Shown piece by piece: positions 40,142 to 49,214 of a DNA stretch of 61,108 bases. Below the pieces are notes generated by a model. That model was not told the DNA's origin, searched no databases, and saw nothing but the letters and a program-made list of their open reading frames with translations. The DNA lies in the IMG/VR virus record IMGVR_UViG_3300045988_115760, one strand, 5' to 3'. Every line of letters begins with the position of its first letter. The stretch's first letter is position 1. The stretch is from a virus. Position numbers and translations under genes: made by a program.

Positions 40142-40917
40142 TGAGTAATCTCCCTGTGTCCGAGGAACTTGTTGACGAAGAACGTCTGACCTTTGCCCGT
40201 GACTTTCGGCGTCTTGTTGATGGTCGTGTGACCGTCCGAGTGAACCACGGTGGTTTCCTTGATCTCGAACAAGCCCAATTCCATAGATTTCTGCGTGGGC
40301 ATGTTGCGAGAGCTGCCGGTTTTCATCAGCCATCCGTTGTCCCTCAGCCACGCGAACAAGCGAGTGCCGCCAATATCCACGCCATTGCCTTTCAGGACTT
40401 TCGCCAAGTCGCCCACAAGGATGCTGGTCTTCGAGGTTTCCACAGCGTCAGCGAACAATGCCTTGGGACGCATCCGTTCGACCTGTGCTTGGGCCTTCTC
40501 TTTTTCCGCCCGCTCCTGTTTGATTTGCGTGGCAAGCCGGATAAGGAAGTCGGGTTCGGTGACTGCCTTTTCCAAAGTCGATTCGGTCATGTACGCACCA
40601 TGCCTGCGAATCGATGGCAGCACCTCGTGCGTGACCCAGCGTTTGAACTCGCGGGCTTCGGGCTTGCGGCTGCGTAACACGAGGGAGTACAGGCCGGACT
40701 CGGACACGAAAACGGGTGCCTTGCCGCCGTTCTGGGCAATGTCCGTAGTACGGATATTGGTGATTTCATCGGCATCGAGGTATTCCCGAATATGGTTGGT
40801 GGCCGTACTGAGAATGGTGCATACGTCCGCTCCAAGGAACCACGGGTTGCCGTGTTCATCGGTTAGGACACGCACCTGAATGCCGTTGAAGTCAAATGGT
40901 TGAATCTGATTGCTCAC
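40138..40917 (-). CDS. Antirepressor: Bro-N domain + KilAC/ANT C-terminal domain (GTG start)
   Basis: FDFNGIQVRVLTDEHGNPWFLGADVC...SESGLYSLVLRSRKPEAREFKRWVTHEVLPSIRRHGAY is a classic Bro-N pattern. Confidence 0.85.
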   Translation of the reverse strand: MSNQIQPFDFNGIQVRVLTDEHGNPWFLGADVCTILSTATNHIREYLDADEITNIRTTDIAQNGGKAPVFVSESGLYSLVLRSRKPEAREFKRWVTHEVLPSIRRHGAYMTESTLEKAVTEPDFLIRLATQIKQERAEKEKAQAQVERMRPKALFADAVETSKTSILVGDLAKVLKGNGVDIGGTRLFAWLRDNGWLMKTGSSRNMPTQKSMELGLFEIKETTVVHSDGHTTINKTPKVTGKGQTFFVNKFLGHREITQ

Positions 40918-41825
40918 TTGTTGTCTCCTTCCTTGGATTGGTTTTGCGAAACCTGCATGATCTCCCACACGTCCGCGTCCTCCGACAAGCCGGACGCGAG
41001 ACGGTAGAAATCACTGAACCGGTAAAGCGGATTGCTGTACGCATCCTCGCCCTGCTGGGGCAACTGGCCTCGATGTATCCAACTACGCAAAGTGCTGCGG
41101 TTCACGCGCATTCCGCACGCCTTGATGATGTCCAACAGTTCGCCGCGGGTTCTCACCGCCTCCGATTGGAGGAGACGTTTCACCCGTTCCGCCCTGATGA
41201 GGGCTACCGGCATACTGAAACCGCATTTCGGGCATTTCGCCGTCTCCGCGTCCGCGTAGCAGGAGAGCTGGCCCAAGCACTTGTCGGCGGGGCATGGCCC
41301 GTACAATACGGTTTCCCCGTCATCGTCCGCGAGAAAACGACGCAGCTTGCGTGTCAGACTGTGAACCAGTTCCGCGTACACGGGGGTGCTGGAATACTCC
41401 ATGAGTTTCGGATGATTGGCGATACGGTAAACCATGTCCGATAGCGGCGTGGACTCGGGCAGATTGATTTTCAGACTGCGCATCCACTCGTACAACGTGC
41501 CTTGCAACCCCGGATAACCGTGGTCATCGTCCGCGTACAGCAGATCATGCAGGGCTTCGCGCAACGGTGCGGGAGCGGTGCCGGATTGACCGCCGCCACC
41601 GTTCTTGTGCCCGTAAGCGCGGTTGATGCGATACTCGCACAGGTCGGGCAGACTGCGGTCCAACCATCGCAGGTCGCCGGTCAACTGGCTGGCGTGCTTG
41701 TCGCACAGGAGATTCAGATTCGGTTCGACGCCATGTCCGATAAGCGGTGACGGCGCGTCGGTGACGATATCCCGCCAGCAACCGTGGTAGCGGCAGAGCC
41801 TCGTAGTTTCAGTGGAAAAAGACAA
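40914..41825 (-). CDS. Putative DNA-binding regulator (zinc ribbon + C-terminal HTH-like region), 303 aa
   Basis: CPADKC...CPKCG zinc ribbon; C-terminal RGELLDIIKACGMRVNRSTLRSWI. Confidence 0.5.
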   Translation of the reverse strand: MSFSTETTRLCRYHGCWRDIVTDAPSPLIGHGVEPNLNLLCDKHASQLTGDLRWLDRSLPDLCEYRINRAYGHKNGGGGQSGTAPAPLREALHDLLYADDDHGYPGLQGTLYEWMRSLKINLPESTPLSDMVYRIANHPKLMEYSSTPVYAELVHSLTRKLRRFLADDDGETVLYGPCPADKCLGQLSCYADAETAKCPKCGFSMPVALIRAERVKRLLQSEAVRTRGELLDIIKACGMRVNRSTLRSWIHRGQLPQQGEDAYSNPLYRFSDFYRLASGLSEDADVWEIMQVSQNQSKEGDNK

Positions 41826-41898
41826 TAGTGACCTTGACCTTCGGTTTTTTTGAAGGTCTCGGACGTGTCAGCAACTCCCAATTATGCCATCAAACCGG

Positions 41899-42411
41899 TC
41901 ATGATTCAGCCGGACGGCGTGTCGCCAGAACCTCGTCCAACGCCACGCCCAAACCCGGATTGAAACCACCACCCTCACGCCTGCGCTTGGGTTTCGCGGG
42001 CGGCAAACGCAACGGGTTACGCGCGGCCAACGCCACCCGTCGAGACTCGTCCGGGGAACGGCCCATCATGCGCTGCCGGCGATACAACCACGCCTGATCT
42101 TCCACTAGTCCCAGACGTTCGCACTCCCGGCCTATCTGCGCTTCGGACGGTTTCGCACCGTTGCGCAGTTTGCGGACGATGCCGTTGATGTCGCCGGAAC
42201 CGCACCAGCGACCCGTGCTGTTGACCGCGTAGAAGCGTCGAACGGCCTCACGCGCCTCTGCTGCCGTGATATCCGAACGCAGTTCCGAATGAAACGCATC
42301 AAGCTGAACATCATCCCACTGAGCGTTGCCGTGATGCGCGTTAATCAGCGACAACAACGCCGCCGCCTCACCCTTGCTGAGCATTGAGACCTCCCTGCGA
42401 GTATCGGGCAC
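41899..42411 (-). CDS. Hypothetical replication-module protein (170 aa; the start may be the internal ATG at 42384)
   Basis: Downstream of the replisome organiser; no motif recognised. Confidence 0.5.
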   Translation of the reverse strand: MPDTRREVSMLSKGEAAALLSLINAHHGNAQWDDVQLDAFHSELRSDITAAEAREAVRRFYAVNSTGRWCGSGDINGIVRKLRNGAKPSEAQIGRECERLGLVEDQAWLYRRQRMMGRSPDESRRVALAARNPLRLPPAKPKRRREGGGFNPGLGVALDEVLATRRPAES

Positions 42412-43252
42412 GCTCCTCCTCGGTCATGTACTGCCAGGTTTTCGCCATGTTCGCTTCGAGATTCTGCTGGCTGCGGGACTTGACTGGCTGGACTTGCCGG
42501 GCCCTTGGGGTCTCCGGTTTGGGTTTCTCCCAGTTGCGTGCATACAGTTCCCCGCCGATGAACCGGCTGAACGTCTTCACGAACCGTTCCTCGGTGGCCC
42601 CGACATACGCTCGGGTTTTGGCTTCAAGAAACTCGCACGGGTCAGCCTCGCCGGCGGCTTTCACGATCTTGGGCCATTCGATTTCCAACTGCATTCGAGC
42701 CTGAGAGGTCTTCCCGTCGAACCTGTTCGTCGGGTAAATACGCTCAAGACTGTCGAGCAGTCCATCGAAGTCAGGCTTTGAGGGGGTAGGGGGAGTTGAA
42801 TTATCTTTAGATAATTCATTCTGGTGTTCTGGTGTTCTGGTGTTCTGGTGTTTGTCCCGATTCAGACGTGATTCAGCCGTCTGAAAGTCATCTGAATCGG
42901 AGGTTTTTACCTCGTTTTTATTTTTACGGTAATTTTCAGCATTGCTTTCACGCTTCTTTTGTACCTGTTCGCGACTGCGATTGTGTATAAGATAATCGTG
43001 AATATAGTACCCGTTGTTCCCGTCCGGTTCGATCATGCCGACATTGCACAGTGCCTCAAGTTCTGAATCGGTGATATCCAGCACGTAAAGCGCATCATCT
43101 TCACTGATATGACCGTCTGAAAGATTATCTCCGCAGAAGGTAAGCATCATCGTGAACGCACCTATCGCGCTCGGGCATGTGTGCCTGAGTTTTCGCACCT
43201 TGCGATTCATGTAGAAGCCGTTCACGAGCTGCACGTATCCGCGCCTAGCCAT
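42368..43252 (-). CDS. Replisome organiser / replication initiator-like protein (294 aa) with an internal origin-like repeat region
   Basis: N-terminal winged-helix-like region, low-complexity linker encoded by iterons, DnaD-like C-terminal part; RBS aggaaggaggg. Confidence 0.6.
   Translation of the reverse strand: MARRGYVQLVNGFYMNRKVRKLRHTCPSAIGAFTMMLTFCGDNLSDGHISEDDALYVLDITDSELEALCNVGMIEPDGNNGYYIHDYLIHNRSREQVQKKRESNAENYRKNKNEVKTSDSDDFQTAESRLNRDKHQNTRTPEHQNELSKDNSTPPTPSKPDFDGLLDSLERIYPTNRFDGKTSQARMQLEIEWPKIVKAAGEADPCEFLEAKTRAYVGATEERFVKTFSRFIGGELYARNWEKPKPETPRARQVQPVKSRSQQNLEANMAKTWQYMTEEERARYSQGGLNAQQG
42798..42900. repeat. Candidate origin of replication: 9-bp IR gaattatct/agataattc, ctggtgtt x4 tandem (42821..42852), IRs ccgattcaga/tctgaatcgg and tcagacg/cgtctga
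   Basis: All repeats read directly; locally AT-rich; lies inside the linker of the replisome organiser gene. Confidence 0.6.
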
Positions 43253-43269
43253 CTATCTCCCTCCTTCCT

Positions 43270-43383
43270 TCATCTTTCGCCGGTGCGCATTACGACGATC
43301 ATGCTGGGGAATGGCGCCGGGAAGAGCGTTGCGATGATGGATACCACCACTGCGCCAATCAGAATGTCCAATCTGTCCAGCAT
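43270..43383 (-). CDS. Possible small membrane protein (37 aa)
   Basis: MLDRLDILIGAVVVSIIATLFPAPFPSMIVVMRTGER; start abuts the upstream stop; shorter than the track cutoff. Confidence 0.3.
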   Translation of the reverse strand: MLDRLDILIGAVVVSIIATLFPAPFPSMIVVMRTGER

Positions 43384-43764
43384 TCACCGTCCTTTTCGAT
43401 TTTTGTTGATCTTTTCGGTGAGGACTTCGAGCGCGTCCACGCGGTCTCCCCACTTGAGGTTCCGCCAGAACTGTTCGAGATCAGCCCAGTTCTCGGCCTG
43501 TAGGATGCCAAGAAGCCTGATTGCCTGAGCTTCGAGAATGTCGGCGTTCCGTTTGCAGCACGCGGCGAAGAACGGCACATTATGTGTGATTGCGTCATTG
43601 ATGAACCAGAGTGCCTTCTTGAGGTCTTCGACACCGTTCTTGTGCTGCCAGCGGAAGCAATACTGCACGGCTTGGCCCCAGTCGCTTGAGAGCAGTCGGC
43701 TGAGTTCGATGCATTCGAACGGGCCGTTCTCGTAATGCTTTGGGTGGTTGACGTTGTCACTCAT
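43384..43764 (-). CDS. DUF3310-family protein (126 aa; start at MSDNVNHPKHY)
   Basis: The NHPKHYE...ECIE motif is typical of this phage family. Confidence 0.65.
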   Translation of the reverse strand: MSDNVNHPKHYENGPFECIELSRLLSSDWGQAVQYCFRWQHKNGVEDLKKALWFINDAITHNVPFFAACCKRNADILEAQAIRLLGILQAENWADLEQFWRNLKWGDRVDALEVLTEKINKNRKGR

Positions 43765-43861
43765 TTTTGGACTCCTTAATCGAGGATGAATATGATGATC
43801 GGGGCAATGCACAGGCAGACCGTCAGCACGATGCTGAACGCGATTTCAAACGGGTTGTGTT

Positions 43862-44203
43862 TCATTCGATGGGCTCCTTGTATGGGTTTTTGCTTGTATA
43901 TTGCGGGAAGTCACATTCCTGGTCTTTCCAACCGGCGGCATAGCCTTCGCTCCATGCCTTGCGGCGTTCGTGGTCCAACTGTTCTGAGCTGTGTATGGTT
44001 TCTGGTTCGTCGTCGCTTTTCTCAAGAATGTACATGAGTGTGGTGTCGCTGGTGCCAGACTTGGTATCGGTCGGGAGGCAGTCCACGCGCGTAACCCGCC
44101 AGCCCTCGTCCAGCCGCCTTCTGAGCGTCTCCAGATTGGCCAAGTAACGCCTTTGGGGGCGACCATCCCAAAATATCGGGCAAGCCTTGTATCGTCTGCT
44201 CAT
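43862..44203 (-). CDS. Hypothetical protein (113 aa)
   Basis: Intact ORF in the early operon. Confidence 0.5.
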   Translation of the reverse strand: MSRRYKACPIFWDGRPQRRYLANLETLRRRLDEGWRVTRVDCLPTDTKSGTSDTTLMYILEKSDDEPETIHSSEQLDHERRKAWSEGYAAGWKDQECDFPQYTSKNPYKEPIE

Positions 44204-44445
44204 TTCGCGTCCTCGCTTTGATTCGGCACCTCGGACGGCATGGAGCCGGAATAGCCGAGCATGGAACGGCAGTGGTCGGCTGTCTTTTTGTATGCGTTGA
44301 TTTGTCCCTTCACGACACCGTATGCGGCCATGTCACGCTGCGACAGCAGAGCGTTTGCTAGCTTCAGACCTTCGATCTCAAGCTGCTCGCACCAGTCGAT
44401 GACTTCTTGCAGGGTCTTGTCTTTTTCAGTTACGTTCGTAGCCAT
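44200..44445 (-). CDS. Hypothetical protein (81 aa)
   Basis: RBS aaggagg upstream. Confidence 0.55.
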   Translation of the reverse strand: MATNVTEKDKTLQEVIDWCEQLEIEGLKLANALLSQRDMAAYGVVKGQINAYKKTADHCRSMLGYSGSMPSEVPNQSEDAK

Positions 44446-44654
44446 CGTTTTCCTCCTTGTTGAGATGTTTCGCCATCTGGCAGGCTTGTTGGTCTGGTGT
44501 GGCGGCTTCGCCAGTCCGAGGGCGTGCCGCTCGTCGCCGTGAGCAGCACGCCGTCATCGAATATCTTCCAGTGGCCGCTGCCGGCGCGTACCACCGTGTA
44601 GCCGTGCGAGGCTATCTAGTGCATGAGTTTGCGGTCGTCTCCGCGCGCGGTCAT
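44430..44654 (-). pseudogene. HicA/YcfA-like toxin frame interrupted by an in-frame TAG at 44616..44618
   Basis: MTARGDDRKLMH-TAG-IASHGYTVVRAGSGHWKIF...TSGTPSDWRS; the ATG is in an ATGA overlap with the upstream gene. Confidence 0.5.
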
Positions 44655-44929
44655 GCTTTGAGCCTCATCTTCAACGCGAGACCATTCTCATGCACGCCAC
44701 CGTTGTCGAAGCCCATGAAACCGTTGAACAGTTCGTATTCGAGCAGGGCGGTGTCCACGCGGAACTCGTCGTACCGGTGGTTTTTGATGCGTTCCATGAC
44801 AAGCCTCATCGATGCGACGGTATCCCTGCGGTCGGCCTGTATGGGAATGAGATACGGCCAAAGATTCCATTCGCCCGGATGATCGTTCAGCCAATGGGCG
44901 AAATCAACGAGTTTCCTATCTTCCATCAT
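44651..44929 (-). CDS. Hypothetical protein (92 aa)
   Basis: Intact ORF. Confidence 0.5.
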   Translation of the reverse strand: MMEDRKLVDFAHWLNDHPGEWNLWPYLIPIQADRRDTVASMRLVMERIKNHRYDEFRVDTALLEYELFNGFMGFDNGGVHENGLALKMRLKA

Positions 44930-44935
44930 TTCCCC

Positions 44936-45307
44936 TTAGGAGCGTTCCCTCACGATATAGTCCGGGTGTTCCCGGCAATAGTCGTATATCAGTTTCAACC
45001 ATGCGATGGCGCTGTCCACGCTGCCCCAATAGTTCGGCGGATTGTATTTGCCGCGCAAAACATACAATGGTTCCAAGTAGATGTCTTTCAACGCCTTGTC
45101 GATACGGGCTGCGGCCTCCCCGGCCGTCAACCCGTCCAGGTCATGCTTAGGATGGACCTTGTAATCGGTGAAAAACGCGGATAGATTATACGTGTAGTTG
45201 AAATAATGGCCATGAGCGGTCCGCCCATGCTCGCCGTCCCGTTCGCATACGTCAAACCATTCCGGTTCCGGCACATCCTTGTCCACTATGAACAGGTCGT
45301 AGCTCAT
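44936..45307 (-). CDS. Hypothetical protein (123 aa)
   Basis: Intact ORF; ATGA overlap with the upstream gene. Confidence 0.5.
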   Translation of the reverse strand: MSYDLFIVDKDVPEPEWFDVCERDGEHGRTAHGHYFNYTYNLSAFFTDYKVHPKHDLDGLTAGEAAARIDKALKDIYLEPLYVLRGKYNPPNYWGSVDSAIAWLKLIYDYCREHPDYIVRERS

Positions 45308-45711
45308 TCTTCGTCTCCTTCGATGATTCCATGTCCTGCTATCAATGCGAGGGTCTTCAAGTCGGTAAGCACGGGCTGGTTGTCCATGCTTGACAGCGAG
45401 TCCAAGCCGAGACCCTTCTGTTTGAACACGACGAACCAGTAAGGTGCGTCCGCGTTACCCGCCTCGGTGCGACCCTCCTGCATCCACTCCTTGAGTCTCC
45501 CAGCGTAGGTGCTGTAGTTTTTGCACTCCAATACGACCGGCTGGCCGTGGATACGCAGACCGGTGATATCGCCCTGGTCTTTCGTCCCATGCAACACTTC
45601 ACGGTGTATCGTCTGCTCGCTGTCACCCAACCGGGCGCGCAAATAGTTGACCACCTTGGATTCAAGCAGTGTGCCTTTGGCTTTCTGTCGGCTCATTCGT
45701 CCATCCACCAT
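45304..45711 (-). CDS. PD-(D/E)XK nuclease, putative Holliday-junction resolvase
   Basis: D...E-x-K arrangement: TKDQGDITGL...VVLECKN. Confidence 0.6.
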   Translation of the reverse strand: MVDGRMSRQKAKGTLLESKVVNYLRARLGDSEQTIHREVLHGTKDQGDITGLRIHGQPVVLECKNYSTYAGRLKEWMQEGRTEAGNADAPYWFVVFKQKGLGLDSLSSMDNQPVLTDLKTLALIAGHGIIEGDEE

Positions 45712-45830
45712 TCAGTCGGGTCATCGTGAAACTGGCAGTCCACGCAGTCCCCGAATACGTTCAAGATTCCTCCGCAGTACGGGCAATGCTCGTACTGGAC
45801 GGGTAGATAACTCGGACGCATAATCAGAAC
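45702..45830 (-). CDS. Possible small zinc-ribbon protein (42 aa)
   Basis: CPYCGG...CVDC; shorter than the track cutoff. Confidence 0.35.
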
Positions 45831-45959
45831 TCCGGGTTATCTCGTAATCGTTTTTGCACGTCCGCGCGCATCTGCTCGATCACATCGACCCGAAGTCCGG
45901 TAGCCAAGCGAATCTCCTCTGCCGGACGGTTCGAGTCTTCAATGAGCATCTGCCATGCT

Positions 45960-46250
45960 CTACTTGCCGCTTTGCTCAACATGAGCCTCCTTCGCCAAGT
46001 TGGTGCCGACCCGCACCCGGTAGTCGGTGATGTTCCAGGTCAGATGGTTCAGATGCCAGACGGTGAGTCCAAGAAAAAGCAGCAGACAGAACGCTTGGAC
46101 GATGCTCGTCATATAATTCCTTGACATGAGGCCCACCGCGAGCCAGAACGAGGAAAACACGTCCCACGCCAAACACCAGTACACTCTCCACAATTCGGGT
46201 TTGCTGCCGTCACGTCGTTCGTAAACCGTGACCATATCCTTGTCACTCAT
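45960..46250 (-). CDS. Small membrane protein (96 aa; start at MSDKDM)
   Basis: Two hydrophobic segments (WCLAWDVFSSFWLAVGL, IVQAFCLLLFLGLTVW). Confidence 0.5.
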   Translation of the reverse strand: MSDKDMVTVYERRDGSKPELWRVYWCLAWDVFSSFWLAVGLMSRNYMTSIVQAFCLLLFLGLTVWHLNHLTWNITDYRVRVGTNLAKEAHVEQSGK

Positions 46251-46495
46251 TTCAATTCCTTCTTCGCGTAGGGGTTTGGCGTGTACGTGGGCGGTTCCTC
46301 GCCGGGCATGGGATTCATGTTCTTGACGGCTTGGATATACCCTTCCTCCCATGCCTTTTCGGCTATCTGCCGGTCATGCTCCTTGAGCCATGCTTGATAG
46401 GCGGCTCGGCCTTCCTCGATGGTTGACTGGCCTGTACCGAAGCAACTCAATTCGACGGCGGATTGGACCAAACCGTCATACACTCGTGGTTTCAT
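46247..46495 (-). CDS. Hypothetical protein (82 aa; start at MKPRVY)
   Basis: ATGA overlaps at both ends. Confidence 0.5.
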   Translation of the reverse strand: MKPRVYDGLVQSAVELSCFGTGQSTIEEGRAAYQAWLKEHDRQIAEKAWEEGYIQAVKNMNPMPGEEPPTYTPNPYAKKELK

Positions 46496-46656
46496 TCCTC
46501 CACCTCGGTTTCCGTGCCGTAATGGCCGTAGAGTTGGTCTGCCGCATCCTTGGTCGTGTAGAGGCATTTCGCGGGCGCTTGTTCGTAGTCGTAGATGGCG
46601 GCTGCGACGACCTCTCGAAACTCCTCGCGGGTGAATATCTTCGCCTTATAGCTCAT
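46492..46656 (-). CDS. Possible small protein (54 aa)
   Basis: MSYKAKIFTREEF...; fills the gap with ATGA overlaps at both ends; shorter than the track cutoff. Confidence 0.35.
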   Translation of the reverse strand: MSYKAKIFTREEFREVVAAAIYDYEQAPAKCLYTTKDAADQLYGHYGTETEVEE

Positions 46657-46937
46657 CGTCTGCCTCCGTAAAATCGTTGAGCGATGGGCTGGTACAGCTC
46701 ATATCCCTTCTGGGCCCATATCTCCAGTGTTTTGAAGATCACAAGAATCGACAGTGAGTCGAGCCCGTCGTCAACCAGTTTGGGAATGTTGTTGTACTCT
46801 GCGTCCAGTTCCGTATGCCCGTTCCGGCCGCTGGTGAACGTGAATCCCAGCATGTCCACGGGCGTTCCGGTTTCCTCCGGCGTGATGGTCAACCGAACCT
46901 TGAACTTCTTGCCCAACGGCATCGCCTTGTCTCTCAT
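46653..46937 (-). CDS. Hypothetical protein (94 aa)
   Basis: Intact ORF. Confidence 0.5.
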   Translation of the reverse strand: MRDKAMPLGKKFKVRLTITPEETGTPVDMLGFTFTSGRNGHTELDAEYNNIPKLVDDGLDSLSILVIFKTLEIWAQKGYELYQPIAQRFYGGRR

Positions 46938-46973
46938 CGTCTGCCTCCCAGACTCTCGCGAATCCGCTCCACA

Positions 46974-47204
46974 TCAGCATTCATCGTCTGCCTCCGTGAC
47001 TTCCTCGCCGACTGGTAGGGTGCGATAGATTTTTGTGATTCGCCACGTGCCCGGCGTCTCGTGGATATGCTTCACAGCGGCCTCATAGGAATTGAAAGTG
47101 ACGGTCGGATACAGCATCTCGATAGCCGAATCGACCAGATATTCTTCCTTGGTCTCCAACTTCATCGTCCGTCTTCCTGACTCATGTAGGTCAACGTGAA
47201 GCAT
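46974..47204 (-). CDS. Hypothetical protein (76 aa)
   Basis: Intact ORF. Confidence 0.5.
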   Translation of the reverse strand: MLHVDLHESGRRTMKLETKEEYLVDSAIEMLYPTVTFNSYEAAVKHIHETPGTWRITKIYRTLPVGEEVTEADDEC

Positions 47205-47428
47205 TTATCACCGTTGCATATGCGGTTCCAAGCGGCGATATTGTATTGCAACTGATACGGGGCGGGCTTCCGTGAACAACCTCCCTCGAAGCCGAGCCCG
47301 CAGACAGTGCAGCGGAACATCACGATAAAGAACGTGTATTCAGGCAACCCCTGCACGCCGTCCCGCTCCCATTTCGCCTTGACCTTGCCCCCACAACGAG
47401 GACACGGGCTAATCCTGTGGAACCTCAC
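47162..47428 (-). CDS. Lar-family restriction-alleviation-like zinc-ribbon protein (start set at the GTG after RBS gagggagg)
   Basis: SPCPRCGG...CTVCG...NIAAWNR, the Lar-type pattern. Confidence 0.6.
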   Translation of the reverse strand: MRFHRISPCPRCGGKVKAKWERDGVQGLPEYTFFIVMFRCTVCGLGFEGGCSRKPAPYQLQYNIAAWNRICNGDKCFTLTYMSQEDGR

Positions 47429-47666
47429 CAGACTCACCTCCCTCAAGAGGCGCGTTCAAATCCACCTGTTCGATACGCGCACGCTCCTGTAAGATGTTCG
47501 CGTATGCCCCCATCGCGTACAATTGGCTTTCAAGGAGCTGGAAGGAGCACGCGGGCGTGAAGTCCAACGTGCCCTCCGCGTAGCCCTCAAGCATGTGCGC
47601 CAGCTTGCTGATACGCTCCTGCAATTCTCGATGTTCGCGGATCATCCGCTGCTTGTAATCACTCAT
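47409..47666 (-). CDS. Hypothetical protein (85 aa)
   Basis: Intact ORF. Confidence 0.5.
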   Translation of the reverse strand: MSDYKQRMIREHRELQERISKLAHMLEGYAEGTLDFTPACSFQLLESQLYAMGAYANILQERARIEQVDLNAPLEGGESGEVPQD

Positions 47667-47715
47667 TGGTTGTCTCCTTCGGTTTGGTTTTGTAGTCTCG
47701 GACGATGCACACGCA

Positions 47716-47961
47716 TCAGTCCATCCTTTCGTCCAACCATTCGATGTCCTCCCAGATCGAGAGCATGACCTGATCGAGAGCGCCCCTACTGCTCAATGCC
47801 CATACAGCGCCGTAGTTGGTGCGCTCCCGCACCGCCGTGACATAACCTTTGTCCGGGTAGACGTGGGATTCCGCAATCCAGTGGAACGGGAGCATCCCCT
47901 TGCGCAAAATCAAAGTAAAACGACTGTGCTCAACCTTGATGAAGCTCCTCATGTCGCTCAT
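47716..47961 (-). CDS. Hypothetical protein (81 aa)
   Basis: Intact ORF. Confidence 0.5.
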   Translation of the reverse strand: MSDMRSFIKVEHSRFTLILRKGMLPFHWIAESHVYPDKGYVTAVRERTNYGAVWALSSRGALDQVMLSIWEDIEWLDERMD

Positions 47962-48320
47962 TCCTCCGTTGCCTCCATCGGATAATTGATGTCCACAAGC
48001 AACCGTGTGGAATAGCTGAGCATCTTCACGAGTTTGAACGGCTTCTGCATCTCCGGGACTCTGAACGGTGGCTCATATTCCCACCATTCGCTGCCGTCGT
48101 ATTCTGCGCGGCGCAGGAAACCGCCATCCGTGAACACCACGACCAGATCGGCGGCTATCTCCTGACCGCCGTATCCTTCGTCGTAATCGATGTCGAGCAC
48201 CTTTTCGGCCTGACTCCACGGAATTCCCAGCCTCTCGTCGCGGGAGCCTACGAATCGAACGTCATCGGTCGAATGCCCGCTTCGTGAGATCGCACCCTTG
48301 GTTTCATCTAAAAGATTCAT
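47958..48320 (-). CDS. Hypothetical protein (120 aa)
   Basis: Intact ORF; ATGA overlaps. Confidence 0.5.
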   Translation of the reverse strand: MNLLDETKGAISRSGHSTDDVRFVGSRDERLGIPWSQAEKVLDIDYDEGYGGQEIAADLVVVFTDGGFLRRAEYDGSEWWEYEPPFRVPEMQKPFKLVKMLSYSTRLLVDINYPMEATEE

Positions 48321-48610
48321 TCTTCCGTTGCCTTTCCTTGCATTGCCTTGACTGCGAGTCGCATGGCGTCGTAGTATTCGGCCCTCAACGCGCAGTCAGA
48401 ATCCCATTGAGGGTAAGAGTCGGGCTTCAACGCCTCGTAGAACGCTTTCGCCCCGGCTTCGATTTCCTCGTTCGTGGGCTGGCGTTCAGCGCCATCCATG
48501 TACGCTTCCGCCAAGTCATCGGACGTGTAAACCGGTATCGTTATTGCGCCGTGACAATCAACCGCTTCGGGCGGGTAGAGGCGCTCCGCCTCACTACTGA
48601 TGATGCTCAC
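48317..48610 (-). CDS. Hypothetical protein (97 aa)
   Basis: Intact ORF. Confidence 0.5.
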   Translation of the reverse strand: MSIISSEAERLYPPEAVDCHGAITIPVYTSDDLAEAYMDGAERQPTNEEIEAGAKAFYEALKPDSYPQWDSDCALRAEYYDAMRLAVKAMQGKATEE

Positions 48611-49029
48611 AGCCGACCTCTTTCCCGATTGCGTTCCAGACAGTCGTCCATCGCCTGTGCCACTTCTTCGTCGGTGATACCGAACGCGGCGATCAGGTTG
48701 CCTACCGTCTGCAACACGTCAGCCAGTTCACCGAGCATGGCCTGGCGGCGCTGGTCGCGCACGTAACCTATCCATCCGACCTTCGCCCTGTCCCGGTCAT
48801 CGCCAAGCTCGCCGCCCACGTTCACCCCGAAGCAGGCGAGGCAATTCGCATGGTCATCGAACTCCCAGCCAATGCCGCTCGGGTCTGTCGGGTCGCTGGC
48901 TTTCAGGTATTGTTTCCCGGCCTCCACCATCTCCGCCGCCTCTTCAAGCGTCTTCAACAACAGCCACTTGTCGGGCGTGAGATGGCCGAAAGATTCGACC
49001 GGAGGCATTTGGACGATACGATTGCTCAT
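48607..49029 (-). CDS. mazG: MazG-like nucleotide pyrophosphohydrolase (140 aa)
   Basis: EEAAEMVEA...ELADVLQTVGNL...ERNRERG helical EExxE/D pattern. Confidence 0.75.
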   Translation of the reverse strand: MSNRIVQMPPVESFGHLTPDKWLLLKTLEEAAEMVEAGKQYLKASDPTDPSGIGWEFDDHANCLACFGVNVGGELGDDRDRAKVGWIGYVRDQRRQAMLGELADVLQTVGNLIAAFGITDEEVAQAMDDCLERNRERGRL

Positions 49030-49214
49030 ACTTCCACCGCCTTTGTGACGCGATACCGTTTGTGAATCTCATACTCGCCCGGCCCATAAGGAGCTGGGCC
49101 AAGATGCCTGATGGCTGCCATGGCTTCCTCATACGTGTCGAAATGATTCCAGTCGTATCTGGTGTTTTCCGGGTTGATACAGTCCTCAACGGTGAAGTAG
49201 ACTTCGACGCTCAT
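49026..49214 (-). CDS. Hypothetical protein (62 aa), homologous to the C-terminus of the upstream gene
   Basis: DTYEEAMAAIRHLGP...GEYEIHKRYRV compared with DTYEEACNSLRYLEPGEYEIRKRFRV. Confidence 0.5.
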   Translation of the reverse strand: MSVEVYFTVEDCINPENTRYDWNHFDTYEEAMAAIRHLGPAPYGPGEYEIHKRYRVTKAVEV

